Shown one piece after another: positions 26,534-34,627 of a DNA stretch of 64,000 bases. The position numbers were made by a program, and so were the translations under genes. The notes under the pieces are model-generated. The model did no database searches, was not told the origin of the DNA, and worked only from the letters and a program-made list of their open reading frames with translations. How positions within the stretch are numbered: the stretch's first letter is position 1; every line of letters starts with the position of its first letter. The stretch comes from an uncultured virus (IMG/VR IMGVR_UViG_3300030118_005288) (lineage: Duplodnaviria; Heunggongvirae; Uroviricota; Caudoviricetes), in the IMG/VR virus record IMGVR_UViG_3300030118_005288, positions 1-64,000 of that record, one strand, 5' to 3'.

Positions 26534-26785
26534 TTAATCTAATCCATCTCTATTTCCAGTTAATATACCTGCTTTTTTATCTAACTCAATACAGTTTAGT
26601 ATTGCTTTGTGCATAGCGTCGTCTTTTCTTTTATTCTCGTCTGCCTTTTCCCACCAGTCGACTATAAATTTACTAGCATCACCTACGCTTTTTTCGTATA
26701 CACATACATATTTACCATATCTATCCCACACTTCAACTTTAAAACCATAATCACATGGTGTTAGTATATAATCTCTTTTACTCAT
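26534..26785 (-). CDS. Hypothetical early protein
   Basis: ORF track; follows the promoter at 26805. Confidence 0.6.
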   Translation of the reverse strand: MSKRDYILTPCDYGFKVEVWDRYGKYVCVYEKSVGDASKFIVDWWEKADENKRKDDAMHKAILNCIELDKKAGILTGNRDGLD

Positions 26786-26804
26786 AATATTATTTTATTT
26801 TTGT

Positions 26805-26840
26805 TTATATTATCAATTACTATTCGTATTTTGTTTGTAA
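26805..26840 (-). promoter_or_regulatory. Class I phage promoter candidate
   Basis: TTACAAACAAAA-TACGAA-N8-GATAATATAA. Confidence 0.75.
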
Positions 26841-26986
26841 AAACTTTCACACATATTATCATTTAAGTGTGGATCACTTGAATACACAGTTTTGATAGTG
26901 TATTTACCTTTTGTTATTGATTTTTCTAAAGCTTTTATTACTTTGCTAGTAACATCTTTACCAGTTTTTTTACAAGTTACTTTCAT
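26813..26986 (-). CDS. 57-aa hypothetical protein (not in ORF track)
   Basis: MKVTCKKTGKDVTSKVIKALEK...YKQNTNSN, with an AT-rich leader. Confidence 0.5.
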   Translation of the reverse strand: MKVTCKKTGKDVTSKVIKALEKSITKGKYTIKTVYSSDPHLNDNMCESFYKQNTNSN

Positions 26987-27015
26987 AATTATATATTTTA
27001 ATAGTTAAACATTTA

Positions 27016-27060
27016 TTGTAGTGTGGAGCAGAATCGAACTACTATTAACCATTCACACTA
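27016..27060 (-). ncRNA. Anticodon-less tRNA-like minihelix
   Basis: AGUGUGA-AUGGUUAAU-AGUAG UUCGAUU CUGCU-CCACACU-A-CAA: acceptor-like stem, GG-containing linker and canonical T-arm. Confidence 0.6.
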
Positions 27061-27171
27061 ATACTCATTCGCATTTTTTATAAGTCGCTAAACAAGTGGA
27101 ACTACGACTCTATCTACTACTCGCTAATCAGCACTTCACGAGTAGTTATTATTAGATAAATTTCCAGTACT
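27061..27171 (-). ncRNA. ~110-nt two-hairpin RNA with possible loop-loop pseudoknot
   Basis: ACUACUCG/CGAGUAGU and AGUCGU/GCGACU stems; loops carry complementary AAGUG/CACUU. Confidence 0.5.
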
Positions 27172-27175
27172 TTAA

Positions 27176-27406
27176 TTACTCACAAATTTCTCTTGCAATT
27201 ACTGGCACATTATTACTTGCTGTATAACTTTTGTACTTTGACCAACATGGCATTTTTTCTAGTTTGTCTGACATTACTTCATACACTTTGTCGTGATTGT
27301 ACTTTGCAGTTTTACCATTTTTGAAGTTTACTGTAATTACTGCATTTTTACCAATTAGACTTTTTCTTACTACAAATCTTTTACTTACAATTTCATTTAA
27401 TTTCAT
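27176..27406 (-). CDS. Hypothetical protein, first clear early gene
   Basis: ORF track; downstream of two tandem class I promoters. Confidence 0.7.
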   Translation of the reverse strand: MKLNEIVSKRFVVRKSLIGKNAVITVNFKNGKTAKYNHDKVYEVMSDKLEKMPCWSKYKSYTASNNVPVIAREICE

Positions 27407-27446
27407 AACTTATCATTTTTTAATTTAACATTTATTTTATTTACAT

Positions 27447-27482
27447 TTATATTATCAATAGCATTTCGTATTTACATTGTAA
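27447..27482 (-). promoter_or_regulatory. Class I phage promoter candidate
   Basis: TTACAATGTAAA-TACGAA-N8-GATAATATAA. Confidence 0.75.
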
Positions 27483-27572
27483 AAGTACATTATTTGTTTA
27501 GTGTATAATATTACTTAGTATGTATTGCCCGCATTTTCTCATTGTATAATATTTTATTTATTCGTTTTACAT

Positions 27573-27608
27573 TTATATTATCAATATAAGTTCGTAACTG
27601 TGTTGTAA
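27573..27608 (-). promoter_or_regulatory. Class I phage promoter candidate
   Basis: TTACAACACAGT-TACGAA-N8-GATAATATAA. Confidence 0.72.
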
Positions 27609-27784
27609 TAAATATGTGAAAATAAAAATGTGAAATATTATTTATACAAAGTAAATACAAATTTGATTTGATAATATATATGTAATGAGAATGTGAAAAC
27701 GAAATAGTATTATTCTCGTACGAATGATAAATAGTTGTTAAAAAGTAGCCGGGGGCGGTTAGAAAAAGTCACTTTTGTAGGAGA

Positions 27785-27805
27785 GGGAGAGGTGGGTGGG
27801 GAGGG
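27785..27805 (+). other. G-rich tract with four GGG runs (G-quadruplex-compatible)
   Basis: GGG AGAGGT GGG T GGGG A GGG in an otherwise AT-rich intergenic region. Confidence 0.55.
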
Positions 27806-27843
27806 AGCAACACTATACCCCTATATTTATAATAACTTTTTTT

Positions 27844-27890
27844 TATGACATTAGCCTATAAAGTATACCTAGTAACAGGCAAGTGTCACA
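27844..27890. promoter_or_regulatory. 47-bp dyad operator-like site, copy 2
   Basis: TATGACAttaGCCT...AGGCaagTGTCACA. Confidence 0.75.
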
Positions 27891-27896
27891 GTGAAG

Positions 27897-27925
27897 TGTA
27901 AATATCTTTTTTTCTATGTAATAAT
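27897..27925 (+). promoter_or_regulatory. Class II phage promoter candidate (head of the late arm)
   Basis: TGTAAA-N14-TGTAATAAT. Confidence 0.65.
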
Positions 27926-27960
27926 CAAATATTAGTGGTCACTAACAAAAATACAAGAAA

Positions 27961-28836
27961 ATGGGATTCAAACTAAGATCTGGAAATAAGCCTAACTTCA
28001 AGATGATGGGTAGCAGTTCTCCTCTGTTAAAAGCTACAGACGGAAAGAAAACAAAAGAAGATTTATTAAACGAAGGTTTCACTCAACGTGATGCTGATCA
28101 AATGATAAAACACGGCGCACACACCGGTCATATTAAGCAAAAACCTAAGAAAAGCAGCGTAGGACCTAAGTTCGATGCTAGTAAAGGTTGGAAAAAAGGC
28201 AAGGCATACACAACTGATGGTGGTGTAAAAGGACACTATGTTACAGATCCTAATGGTAAGAAATACTTTATGACTAGTAGCGGTAAACTACACACGGGAC
28301 AAATAGATGATTTAAAGCCAGAATCACCAGCTAAGTTTGATAAAAAACTAAAAGATCCTAAAAACAACAAGAAAACTAAAAAAGAAGATAGACCAGATCC
28401 TACTTACGAAGGAACAGACGAATATAGAAGCATCGACGAAATAAGAGAAGATGCCGATAAAGGTAAAAAAGATAGAAAAAAAGTTGTAACGCAAGATGAT
28501 CAACCAACTTACGAAGGTACTGATGAATATAGAACTGTTGATGAAATAAGAGAAGATTCTGAAAGAGGTAAGAAAATAAGAGAAGATGAGGCCAAGGTAA
28601 AAGAAAAGACTAAGGTAAAAGAAAAGAAAAGTTCTCCAACAAAACAAAAGACTAAGCCTAAACCTAAAAGTTACAAAGGCAAAATGAAAAAGGTATTTCC
28701 AAAAAATTATACTAAAAAAGATATAGAGTTCTTAAAGAAACAACGTGAAGACATTGTTAGACGTGAAGATCTTGACGAAAAAGGTAAAAAAATTTTTGAT
28801 AGAAACCAAGCTAAAATAGCTAAAAAGAAAAAATAA
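27961..28836 (+). CDS. Lys-rich protein with MGFKLRSGNKP leader
   Basis: Leader; SPLLK, SPAK and SPTK motifs; internal duplication. Confidence 0.75.
   Translation: MGFKLRSGNKPNFKMMGSSSPLLKATDGKKTKEDLLNEGFTQRDADQMIKHGAHTGHIKQKPKKSSVGPKFDASKGWKKGKAYTTDGGVKGHYVTDPNGKKYFMTSSGKLHTGQIDDLKPESPAKFDKKLKDPKNNKKTKKEDRPDPTYEGTDEYRSIDEIREDADKGKKDRKKVVTQDDQPTYEGTDEYRTVDEIREDSERGKKIREDEAKVKEKTKVKEKKSSPTKQKTKPKPKSYKGKMKKVFPKNYTKKDIEFLKKQREDIVRREDLDEKGKKIFDRNQAKIAKKKK
28399..28575 (+). repeat. Two ~70-bp intragenic direct repeats
   Basis: PTYEGTDEYR.[IV]DEIRED...GKK encoded at 28399 and 28504. Confidence 0.85.
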
Positions 28837-28840
28837 AACT

Positions 28841-29368
28841 ATGGGATTTAAATTAAGATCTGGAAACAAACCAAGCTTTAAAAACATGGGCACTGCAATA
28901 GCAAAAGGTGCCACGGCTGCAGTCACAGGCGCGGTAATTGGAGGCGCTATGAAAATAAAAAATAAAAAAAGTACTTCTCCAAATAAGCATAGTCATGCTA
29001 AATCTAGTGACTACTGGTATAAAATTGGCAGTAAAAAGGTGACTAAAGAAGAGTATAACAAATATAAGAATGAGCCAGGTAGTGATAAACCTACTAAAAC
29101 AACTAACGATCCTGATGCTAGTGGACGTAAAGCGGCTATAAGAAAAGCTAGAAGCAAAAACAAAGCTTCAAAAAGAGCTACTGTTTTAACAAAAGCACAA
29201 ACAAAAGCAAAAGAAAAAGACTTAGGACCAATTACTAAGAAAAGAGCAGAAGAAATAGCAATAAAAAAACATAGAGAAAACTGGTCGCCAGCTTTTCCAG
29301 GTGCTGATCACAGCCAAGAAGAGCTTGATAAAATGACCGAAAAAGAAAAACAAGATTATTATAACTAA
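28841..29368 (+). CDS. Basic protein with MGFKLRSGNKP leader
   Basis: Leader nearly identical to the previous gene; SPNK motif. Confidence 0.75.
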   Translation: MGFKLRSGNKPSFKNMGTAIAKGATAAVTGAVIGGAMKIKNKKSTSPNKHSHAKSSDYWYKIGSKKVTKEEYNKYKNEPGSDKPTKTTNDPDASGRKAAIRKARSKNKASKRATVLTKAQTKAKEKDLGPITKKRAEEIAIKKHRENWSPAFPGADHSQEELDKMTEKEKQDYYN

Positions 29369-29381
29369 AAAAACAACAAAA

Positions 29382-29861
29382 ATGGCATACACACCTTTTA
29401 AAATGAAGGGACACACGCTTCCAGGTATAAAACAAAAAGCATCGTCACCTTCAAAATTCAACAAAGGTCTAAAAGCAGCGTCAAAAGCTGGTAAATTAGA
29501 CGGTAACCCAAAGTTTAAGGCAGCAGTTGACTCTGCACCTACAAAGAAAATGCACGATGCACCTACTAAAAAGATGCACGATGCACCAACAAAGAAGATG
29601 CACGACGCTCCGACGAAAAAAATGCATGATTCTCCTACAAAAAAGATGCATAAATCACCAACTAAGAAGATGCATGACTCTCCAGCAAAAGGATATAAGT
29701 CTGCTGCGCAAAGAAAAGCTGTTCACGCTAGCAAAAAAGACGGTGGTAAAGGTGCTCCAACTAAGAAAATGCATTCACCTGCTAAAATGGATCCCATGAC
29801 AATGATGGCTGTGGGTAAAGTTGCTGGAAAATTAATGGGAGGAAAAAAAGAAGACAAGTAA
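29382..29861 (+). CDS. Basic repeat protein ([AS]PTKKMHD)n with PFKMKG leader
   Basis: ORF track; tandem octapeptide repeats. Confidence 0.75.
   Translation: MAYTPFKMKGHTLPGIKQKASSPSKFNKGLKAASKAGKLDGNPKFKAAVDSAPTKKMHDAPTKKMHDAPTKKMHDAPTKKMHDSPTKKMHKSPTKKMHDSPAKGYKSAAQRKAVHASKKDGGKGAPTKKMHSPAKMDPMTMMAVGKVAGKLMGGKKEDK
29535..29690 (+). repeat. 24-bp tandem coding repeat
   Basis: About 6 units; variation mostly at third codon positions. Confidence 0.9.
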
Positions 29862-29864
29862 AAA

Positions 29865-29883
29865 TATAGGGAAAGACCCTATA
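29865..29883 (+). other. Short intergenic hairpin
   Basis: TATAGGG-AAAGA-CCCTATA. Confidence 0.5.
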
Positions 29884-29913
29884 CCATAAGTATTAACCAA
29901 AAATAAAACCAAA

Positions 29914-30207
29914 ATGACTTACTTATACTACAAGACTAGTACGTATACTAGCAATATTAAACCGAATGAACAAACTATTAACCAATGGAAGCATTTAGCT
30001 GACAAATCTAACTGGCGAATAACACAATTACCCAATGGTTTTTACCAAACGGAGTGTTCTGAGCCAGAAAACAAAGAAAGTTGGCACGATGTTACGCGTA
30101 GAGAAACCATAGAAGGTGCAGAAGCTGCAATTGATGGCAGTATTGACCATTTCTCTAAAAAATTAGATGCTGTAAAAGGCCCAAAAGTTGTAAAAACATT
30201 TAGTTAA
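29914..30207 (+). CDS. Hypothetical protein
   Basis: ORF track; flanked by a hairpin and a terminator. Confidence 0.7.
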   Translation: MTYLYYKTSTYTSNIKPNEQTINQWKHLADKSNWRITQLPNGFYQTECSEPENKESWHDVTRRETIEGAEAAIDGSIDHFSKKLDAVKGPKVVKTFS

Positions 30208-30211
30208 TAAC

Positions 30212-30239
30212 AAAAGGGGAGTAAAATCTCCCCTTTTTT
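30212..30239 (+). terminator. Intrinsic terminator
   Basis: AAAAGGGGAG-TAAAAT-CTCCCCTTTTTT. Confidence 0.85.
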
Positions 30240-30250
30240 AAAAAAAATAT

Positions 30251-31261
30251 ATGGCGTTTAAATTAAGATCAGGAAATAAAGCAAGATTTAAGTCATTGGG
30301 CAGTTCTTCACGTCCAGTAACGCCAAATAGAACAAAATCATCTCCATTTATATCAACAAAACAAGATAAAAAGAACGAAAAAGAGTGGAATAAACAAACT
30401 AGTGACGGTTCTATAATAGATCCAAAAGGTGGAAGTGGCGCTGACTGGCTAAGACAAGACTTACAGTCTGAAGGTTACAAAAAAAGACTTGCTAATGAAA
30501 TAGCAATGAACGAAAATAACACAGAATACTTAAGAGCGCCAAACGAAAAAGAATTAAAAAAAGATAAAGGAAGATCTATAGTTAGAGTTGATGCTAAAGA
30601 TGGTAATGTAATTGAAGATAGAACAAGTAGGTTAGATAATACTATATTTAATGCACCTAGTACTTACGACAAAGAAGGTAATTATATAGATTACGCTCAT
30701 GCTGATAATATTATGAAAACTAGTACTAATAATAGATTGATGCCAGGTGCAAATATTTATTATCAAGAAAGATACTTTAACGATGGTAGCCAAAAAAATA
30801 GATTACATGATCTAAACATACACGAAGGTGCTCACGCTGTAACAGCTGGAGAGTACGGTATGCTAGAAGGTACTAAAAATTTATTGCACAAAGCTAAAGG
30901 AGGTGGAGATAATGAATTATCTAAACCACAAGAGGTTTATGCTAGATACAAGGTAGCTCAAAACTTTTTACAAAAACAAGGTATATTCGATGCTTTTTCT
31001 GGTGAGGAGTTTACTAACGAACACGTTAAAGCTGTAGAAGAAATGATGAAAGGCGTTACAGCTGAAAATTACAAAGAAAAAGGCATACCTTACGAAGTGT
31101 TTACGTTTTTTGGTGATGATAAAAAACACGATCACGGCTTTAATAAAAAGCTATCTAAAAAAGATATGAAAACAATATTTAACAATGTCGCACAAGAAAC
31201 ACCTGGTGGAGGAGGTTTTGAAGTACAAGATGATTTCGGCGGCTCACAATATATAAGTTAA
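30251..31261 (+). CDS. HExxH zinc-metallopeptidase-like protein with MAFKLRSGNK leader
   Basis: HEGAH plus downstream PQEVYAR. Confidence 0.7.
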   Translation: MAFKLRSGNKARFKSLGSSSRPVTPNRTKSSPFISTKQDKKNEKEWNKQTSDGSIIDPKGGSGADWLRQDLQSEGYKKRLANEIAMNENNTEYLRAPNEKELKKDKGRSIVRVDAKDGNVIEDRTSRLDNTIFNAPSTYDKEGNYIDYAHADNIMKTSTNNRLMPGANIYYQERYFNDGSQKNRLHDLNIHEGAHAVTAGEYGMLEGTKNLLHKAKGGGDNELSKPQEVYARYKVAQNFLQKQGIFDAFSGEEFTNEHVKAVEEMMKGVTAENYKEKGIPYEVFTFFGDDKKHDHGFNKKLSKKDMKTIFNNVAQETPGGGGFEVQDDFGGSQYIS

Positions 31262-31262
31262 T

Positions 31263-32321
31263 ATGACATTTAAACTAAGATCAGGAAATTCTCCTAAATT
31301 TAAACACATGGGTAGTTCACCATTAAAAGATAACCACGATGATGGTTTAGGTGATCCAGCGGCTAATATAAACAAAAGAACTACGCAAACAAAAGTTGAA
31401 AAACTTCAAGACGAGATAGACTATAAAAAGAAAAAAGCTGCTGAAGAAAGAAAGCTACAAGAAACAACACCTTGGAACGAAGATGTAAAGGCTGAAACAG
31501 CTACGATGAAAAATGTTAAAAAAGGTCCAGAAGGTACTGTTGATCCAGAAACTGGTAAAATCACTAATATATCTGGTAAAGATGCTTCTGTTAAGACAGA
31601 TGTTGGTGAAGGTGGCTATGATTATGGTGATGATGGAAAACTAGCTGATGGCACAAGGTTTGATAGCAATATAAACAAATATAAAACTAAAACACAAATA
31701 AATTTAGATGCTAAGCAAAGAAGGCTTAACAGCAGAGCTTATGACTCAGATGGTGGTAAGAAAAGAACTAAAGCTGAAAAATATTCTGAAAAAACACAAA
31801 AGCTTGCTGATAAATACCAAAGAGCAAAAGCTGAAGGAGGTTTTGGTTTAAAGTTTGATTGGAAAAATATGTTAATGGGTGGTGATATAGCTAGCGGTGT
31901 TTCTGTTGAACGTAAACAAGATCTTATAGCAGACAGATTAAGTAAAAGAGCTCAAAATAGACAAAAGTACTTAGACAAGCAAGAAGGTAAGAAAAACAGA
32001 GCTAATATAAAGATTGAAAATTATCAAAACGAAAAAGCAGAAATAGATTCTTACGTAAGTGATTTAACAGCTCAACTCGACAACATAACGGATGTAAACT
32101 CTAAAGAGTACAAAGACTTACAAAAACAAATTGACAAGCTAAACAAACGGTCGAACAAACTTGATAAGAAAAGTAATAAAACAAGAGGTAAAAGAGATAA
32201 AGTAAAAAACAAATATAAAATAGAAGGTAGAACAAACGTTAGAGGTGAAAATGTAAGAAAAGACAAACAAGGTAACGTTGATAAAAACTACGATAAAAGA
32301 GATTACAAAAAAGATCAATAA
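31263..32321 (+). CDS. Charged protein with MTFKLRSGNSP leader
   Basis: Leader ends SSPLK; coiled-coil C-terminus. Confidence 0.7.
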   Translation: MTFKLRSGNSPKFKHMGSSPLKDNHDDGLGDPAANINKRTTQTKVEKLQDEIDYKKKKAAEERKLQETTPWNEDVKAETATMKNVKKGPEGTVDPETGKITNISGKDASVKTDVGEGGYDYGDDGKLADGTRFDSNINKYKTKTQINLDAKQRRLNSRAYDSDGGKKRTKAEKYSEKTQKLADKYQRAKAEGGFGLKFDWKNMLMGGDIASGVSVERKQDLIADRLSKRAQNRQKYLDKQEGKKNRANIKIENYQNEKAEIDSYVSDLTAQLDNITDVNSKEYKDLQKQIDKLNKRSNKLDKKSNKTRGKRDKVKNKYKIEGRTNVRGENVRKDKQGNVDKNYDKRDYKKDQ

Positions 32322-32352
32322 AACAATTTAATCAAATTTAATTTAATATAAT

Positions 32353-33918
32353 ATGGAGATCAATCAACCTAGTGAGATTGTCAAGGATTTGACCTTTGAT
32401 GATCTTGCAAAAAGTAAAATACATGCAGGTGTGGAAAAACTTGCAAAAGCAGTAAAATCAACCTTGGGCGCTAGTGGTAAATGTGTTATATATGAAGACG
32501 CGCGAGGTAACCCGGTGATTACAAAAGATGGTGTAACCGTGGCAGAAAGCGTAGTCTTATATGATCCGGTCGAAAATATGGGTGCAACACTTATAAAAGA
32601 AGCTGCTAGAAACACAGTAAGAGAAGCAGGTGATGGTACAACAACAGCTACCGTGCTTGCTGAGTCTTTGTTAAAACAAGTTAGTTTTAATGAAGAATCT
32701 ACTGTGAGAGAAATAAAAGACGGTATATATTCAGGTCTTAAAAAAATAAATGATTACCTTAATAAGATTTCTGTCAAGATCGAGGGCGATATGCTGGAAT
32801 CTGTTAGTTCGATTAGTTGTAACAATGATAACGAACTAGGAAAGATTATAGCAGAAGCTTATTCTAAAGTAGGTAAAGATGGTGTGGTATTAATGGAAGA
32901 GTCACCAACTGAGGAAACATACGTTGAAATTGTAGACGGCGTGCAGATAGACTCAGGACTCACATCTCCACATTTTGTTACTGATAAAGATAAACAAGTC
33001 TGTGAGCTTGATAATCCGTTAGTATTGATCGTTATGTCAGAAATACCTAATATTAGACGCATACAAAAAGTATTAGAGCATGTTATAAAAAACAAAAGGT
33101 CGTTATTGATAGTTGCTCCAGTTGAGCAACAAGTTAAAGCTGCTTTACTAATGAACAAGGTAAAAGGTAACATTAAGGTTAATATAGTTGATTTACCAGG
33201 CTTTGGTCCTACTAAAAACGATACTTGTGAAGATTTAGCATTTTTGGTTGGGGCTAAAGTAATAAACGAAGAACTAGGTGATGATCTTGACTTAATAGAC
33301 ATAGACTGTTTAGGTGAAGCGCATACAGCTATTACAGATGATAAGAATACTGTTTTAACTATTGAAGCTCCAGATCAAGAACTACAAGAAAGAATTAACT
33401 CTATACAAAAGTTAATTGACAAAGAAGATAAAAACCCTTTTATTAAGAAAAAACACCAACAAAGACTCGCTATGTTATCTGGTAGTGTTGGTATGGTAAA
33501 AGTTGGTGCTAACTCTAAAGTTGAGTTAAAAGAAAAGAAAGATAGAGTTGAAGACGCAATATATGCTACAAAAGCAGCATTACAAGAAGGTATTGTACCA
33601 GGTGGTGGTGTAGCGTTGTTAAATGCGTCTCAAGATATAAAAGCGGAAAATATAGGTGAAAAAATATTATTGAGCGCTATACGTGCTCCTTTTGACACTG
33701 TGCTTGAAAACGCTGGACTTGAGCAAATAGCACCAAGACCAAAGCAAGGATTAGGTGTAAATGTTGTAACCGGACAAAGCGTTAATATGGTAGACGCTGG
33801 AATCATAGATCCTGTGCTTGTTACTAAATCTGCACTTAAAAATTCCGTTTCTGTTGTAACTACTATAATGTCTGCTAATTGTGTAATTTCAAATATGAGA
33901 ATCAATGAAAGCAGTTAA
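32353..33918 (+). CDS. groEL: Chaperonin GroEL
   Basis: ITKDGVTVA, AGDGTTTATVLA, PGFG, EKKDRVEDA, GIVPGGG and GIIDP motifs. Confidence 0.95.
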   Translation: MEINQPSEIVKDLTFDDLAKSKIHAGVEKLAKAVKSTLGASGKCVIYEDARGNPVITKDGVTVAESVVLYDPVENMGATLIKEAARNTVREAGDGTTTATVLAESLLKQVSFNEESTVREIKDGIYSGLKKINDYLNKISVKIEGDMLESVSSISCNNDNELGKIIAEAYSKVGKDGVVLMEESPTEETYVEIVDGVQIDSGLTSPHFVTDKDKQVCELDNPLVLIVMSEIPNIRRIQKVLEHVIKNKRSLLIVAPVEQQVKAALLMNKVKGNIKVNIVDLPGFGPTKNDTCEDLAFLVGAKVINEELGDDLDLIDIDCLGEAHTAITDDKNTVLTIEAPDQELQERINSIQKLIDKEDKNPFIKKKHQQRLAMLSGSVGMVKVGANSKVELKEKKDRVEDAIYATKAALQEGIVPGGGVALLNASQDIKAENIGEKILLSAIRAPFDTVLENAGLEQIAPRPKQGLGVNVVTGQSVNMVDAGIIDPVLVTKSALKNSVSVVTTIMSANCVISNMRINESS

Positions 33919-34162
33919 CAATTACATAATAGTAGAAAACATAAAAATAGAGCCTAAAAAAGTAGCTGGACTTATATTGACTGAAAATATAGATGATGAC
34001 AATAGGTATATAAAGGCTAAAGTAATTTCAACTGGTAATTTAGTTGAAGGTATAAAAGATAACGATATCGTATATTACGATAAACACGCCGGACACGGTG
34101 TACAATATAAAGATGTATTATACCAAGTTATCAGATCTGGTGACGTGGTATTAATAGATTAA
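33905..34162 (+). CDS. groES: Co-chaperonin GroES
   Basis: 85 aa adjacent to groEL; AGLIL mobile loop; VISTG...DIVYY. Confidence 0.85.
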   Translation: MKAVNNYIIVENIKIEPKKVAGLILTENIDDDNRYIKAKVISTGNLVEGIKDNDIVYYDKHAGHGVQYKDVLYQVIRSGDVVLID

Positions 34163-34231
34163 CCAAAACCTTAAACCTACAACCACAAAACTTAACAACA
34201 AAAACAAATTATTAATTAAAAAAAAGAAATT

Positions 34232-34624
34232 ATGAAAATGATGAAATTTCCAGTAATAGCTGGTAGTGTGTTTACATCTCCTAACAAGAAGCATTTTTAC
34301 ATTAATGTAGAAGATATTTACGAGGTAGATGGCGCGGCTCTTGACGCAGACGCTTGTACTATTAAATTTGCTAACGCTGCTTCTACAGTAGAGGGAGTAA
34401 TAACTTTTGTTATGGACGGGACGGATGCTGATGAGAAAGTTGCAAATGCTAATAAACTTGCTGATTACATAGCTGAAAAGATGCAAGAAATAACTGGACC
34501 TAGCTCTGTTCAAAAGAAACCTTTTGATTTAATACCTACGCTAGCTGAAATACACACTGCTAGTGGTATTACAAAAACTGGTGGAACTGGTAACGATGCT
34601 ATTATCTCATGTACGTTATCGTAA
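34232..34624 (+). CDS. Hypothetical (possibly virion) protein
   Basis: ORF track. Confidence 0.6.
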   Translation: MKMMKFPVIAGSVFTSPNKKHFYINVEDIYEVDGAALDADACTIKFANAASTVEGVITFVMDGTDADEKVANANKLADYIAEKMQEITGPSSVQKKPFDLIPTLAEIHTASGITKTGGTGNDAIISCTLS

Positions 34625-34627
34625 TAA

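Noticed and set aside
16175..26986. Shared C-terminal peptide YKxNTN in ORFs ending at 16175, 23212 and 26813
   Set aside because: It is the translation of the overlapping class I promoter (TACAAA..AAATACGAAT), not a protein motif.
27016..27060. Functional tRNA or tmRNA gene
   Set aside because: No anticodon arm, no G3-U70 pair and no tag reading frame.
23201..27608. CRISPR-like array formed by the 36-bp repeats
   Set aside because: The repeats are degenerate with variable spacers between fixed boxes, irregularly spaced and separated by whole genes. No cas genes are present.
29535..29690. 24-bp repeats as a mini-CRISPR or iterons
   Set aside because: No spacers, in frame, and variation is mostly synonymous.
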